Source: Methanotrichaceae archaeon (GTDB taxonomy: Archaea; Halobacteriota; Methanosarcinia; Methanotrichales; Methanotrichaceae). From it: a stretch of 64,000 bases of DNA. Every line of letters starts with the position of its first letter. Within the stretch, counting starts at the first letter, position 1. Below are positions 62,312 to 64,000 of the stretch, one piece after another. Made by a program: the position numbers and the translations under genes. Location: assembly GCA_963803145.1 (NCBI GenBank), contig CAWDLW010000018.1, positions 1 through 64,000 on the forward strand. Direction: 5' to 3'. The notes under the pieces were generated by a model. It saw only the letters and a list, made by a program, of their open reading frames with translations. It ran no database searches and was not told where the DNA came from.

Positions 62312-63337
62312 CTAAATGGGAGGCATCAGCGGCGGCCTAAATATTCCTCTTTCAGTTATCAGGGCTGAAACAAGATCCAGCGGCGTCGCATCAAATGCTG
62401 GATTATATATCTCTATTCCCTCGGGCGCAAGCTGGGCTCCGCCGAACGTGCACATTTCCGACGGATCCCTCTCCTCGACAATTATGTCTTCCTCACTATG
62501 CGCAATATCGAAGGTTGATAGAGGCGCCGCCACATAAAACGGAATACTATGTGCTCTTGCGAGAACTGCATGGTTATAGGTTCCTATCTTATTGAAAACC
62601 GCATCCTTAGTGACTCGATCTGCTCCCACAATTGCTTTATTAATCAACCCTTTTCGCATGAGGCTGCCAGATGCGCTCTCGCAGATCAAAGTGACAGGAA
62701 TCCCATCCTGTGAAAGTTCCCATGCCGTGAGCCTTGAACCCTGATTCAAAGGTCTTGTCTCGCAGGCATAGACATGGATATTTTTGCCTGCCTCAACTGC
62801 GGATCGGATAACTCCAAGAGCAGTTCCCCAGCCAACGCATGCGAGTCTTCCAGCATTGCAATGTGTGAGAACGTTGTCTCCATCATCCAGGAGCTTTGCC
62901 CCGTTGCGGCCTAAGGATTTGTTAATTTTGATATCATCTTCAGCGATCTGTTCTGCTTCTCTCAAGCTTGCATCAATGATATCTTCAACCGTATCGCAAC
63001 CGGATGCAGCCTTCAAAACTCTATCCACACCCCAAGAAAGGTTAACAGCAGTAGGCCTCGCTGACTTGATCATATCTGCAGCGATGTCAAGCTCTTGCAG
63101 GAGGTCATAAGGATTCGAAACCCTGGAAAGATGAGCGGCGAGCGCGATGCCATAGCCTCCTGCCGCACCCAAAGCAGGCGCGCCCCGAACCCGGAGGGAT
63201 TTTATCGCCTCTACTAAATTCTTTATGCTACCAATTTTGATGGCTTTCAGCTCACCAGGAAGCTTTGTCTGGTCTATCATCCACAGGCCATCATCCCACC
63301 AGATCGTCCTGGATTCGCACATAGGCACTAAAATCAC
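62312..63337 (-). CDS. mtnA: S-methyl-5-thioribose-1-phosphate isomerase
   Basis: [43 protein letters not shown]. Confidence 0.93.
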   Translation of the reverse strand: MILVPMCESRTIWWDDGLWMIDQTKLPGELKAIKIGSIKNLVEAIKSLRVRGAPALGAAGGYGIALAAHLSRVSNPYDLLQELDIAADMIKSARPTAVNLSWGVDRVLKAASGCDTVEDIIDASLREAEQIAEDDIKINKSLGRNGAKLLDDGDNVLTHCNAGRLACVGWGTALGVIRSAVEAGKNIHVYACETRPLNQGSRLTAWELSQDGIPVTLICESASGSLMRKGLINKAIVGADRVTKDAVFNKIGTYNHAVLARAHSIPFYVAAPLSTFDIAHSEEDIIVEERDPSEMCTFGGAQLAPEGIEIYNPAFDATPLDLVSALITERGIFRPPLMPPI

Positions 63338-64000
63338 CTTTTTCGGATTAGTTCAGCAGAGCCGGATCTTGAGAGATGGAGCTCATCGATGTTATCAAAG
63401 ATTCCGTGCTCGACGATGCCAGGAATAACGCTCAGCTTGGCAGAGAGCGCCGACGGATCATCGATAACCCCAAAGTCCGCATCCATTACGAAGTTACCGT
63501 TATCGGTAATTACAGGCCCATCCTTCATCTTCGCCTGCCTGAGCACCGGGATACCGCCAATACTCTTTAACTTGCGCTCCACGAGCCGGAAAGCGAACGG
63601 CAGTACCTCCACGGGAACTGGATGGCTCATCTTGTCCACATACTTCGAGCCGTCTAATACTACTATGAACCTCTTAGCAGAATGCGAGACTACCTTCTCG
63701 CGAGTATGAGCCGCACCTCCCCCTTTTATCGCAAAAAGATTCATATCTACCTGGTCCGCTCCATCGATTGCAAGATCGAGGACTGGATGCTGACTCAATG
63801 TCGTAAGCGTTATGCCTGATTCTATCGCCAGGGATTCGGCCTGATAGGATGTAGGCACCCCAAGTATCTCCAGACCTTCCTCTCGGACCTGTAGACCAAG
63901 CTTCCTGATAGTCCATGCAACGGTTGATCCTGTTCCTAGACCAACAACCATACCGTCTTTGACCAGCAAGGCAGCCGATTCGCCTGCTACCTTTTTATCC
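63334..64000 (-). CDS. rpiA: ribose 5-phosphate isomerase A (5' partial)
   Basis: [30 protein letters not shown]. Confidence 0.95.
   Translation of the reverse strand, partial: DKKVAGESAALLVKDGMVVGLGTGSTVAWTIRKLGLQVREEGLEILGVPTSYQAESLAIESGITLTTLSQHPVLDLAIDGADQVDMNLFAIKGGGAAHTREKVVSHSAKRFIVVLDGSKYVDKMSHPVPVEVLPFAFRLVERKLKSIGGIPVLRQAKMKDGPVITDNGNFVMDADFGVIDDPSALSAKLSVIPGIVEHGIFDNIDELHLSRSGSAELIRKR

Overview
This is archaeal methanogen chromosome, most like Methanothrix/Methanotrichaceae (inferred from an fpo operon with fused fpoCD, a Lys/Ala-rich FpoI tail and no fpoO/fpoF, plus methanogenesis marker 9, radB and rpoL-csl4). Bases 1-26.1 kb are mostly core genes: fpoA-N, dedA, a citG-like gene, radB, rimI, rtcA, rpoL and csl4. 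This part also holds two tandem secreted proteins built from Cys-Pro-Thr-Gly hexapeptide repeats. Bases ~26.2-62.2 kb are a mosaic accessory island, and mtnA and rpiA close the window. The island contains three intact-looking IS elements (IS630, IS5, IS1 families) whose terminal IRs and target duplications are visible, and a TnpB right-end remnant. It also has a catalytic-domain-only tyrosine recombinase with an 11-7-11 palindrome upstream, a terminase fragment, an Hfq-like gene and two wHTH/nucleotidyltransferase pairs. Several pseudogenes and dispersed non-coding repeat families are present. The main unexplained signals are: (i) an unannotated, densely base-paired ~350-490 nt putative ncRNA at 43401-43888, transcribed divergently from the recombinase; (ii) a cassette-like layout in which different secreted cargo genes sit between the same ~100-bp upstream element (U) and ~108-bp downstream element (D); (iii) the Cys-ladder proteins. 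All alignments and folds were done by eye and need computational confirmation.
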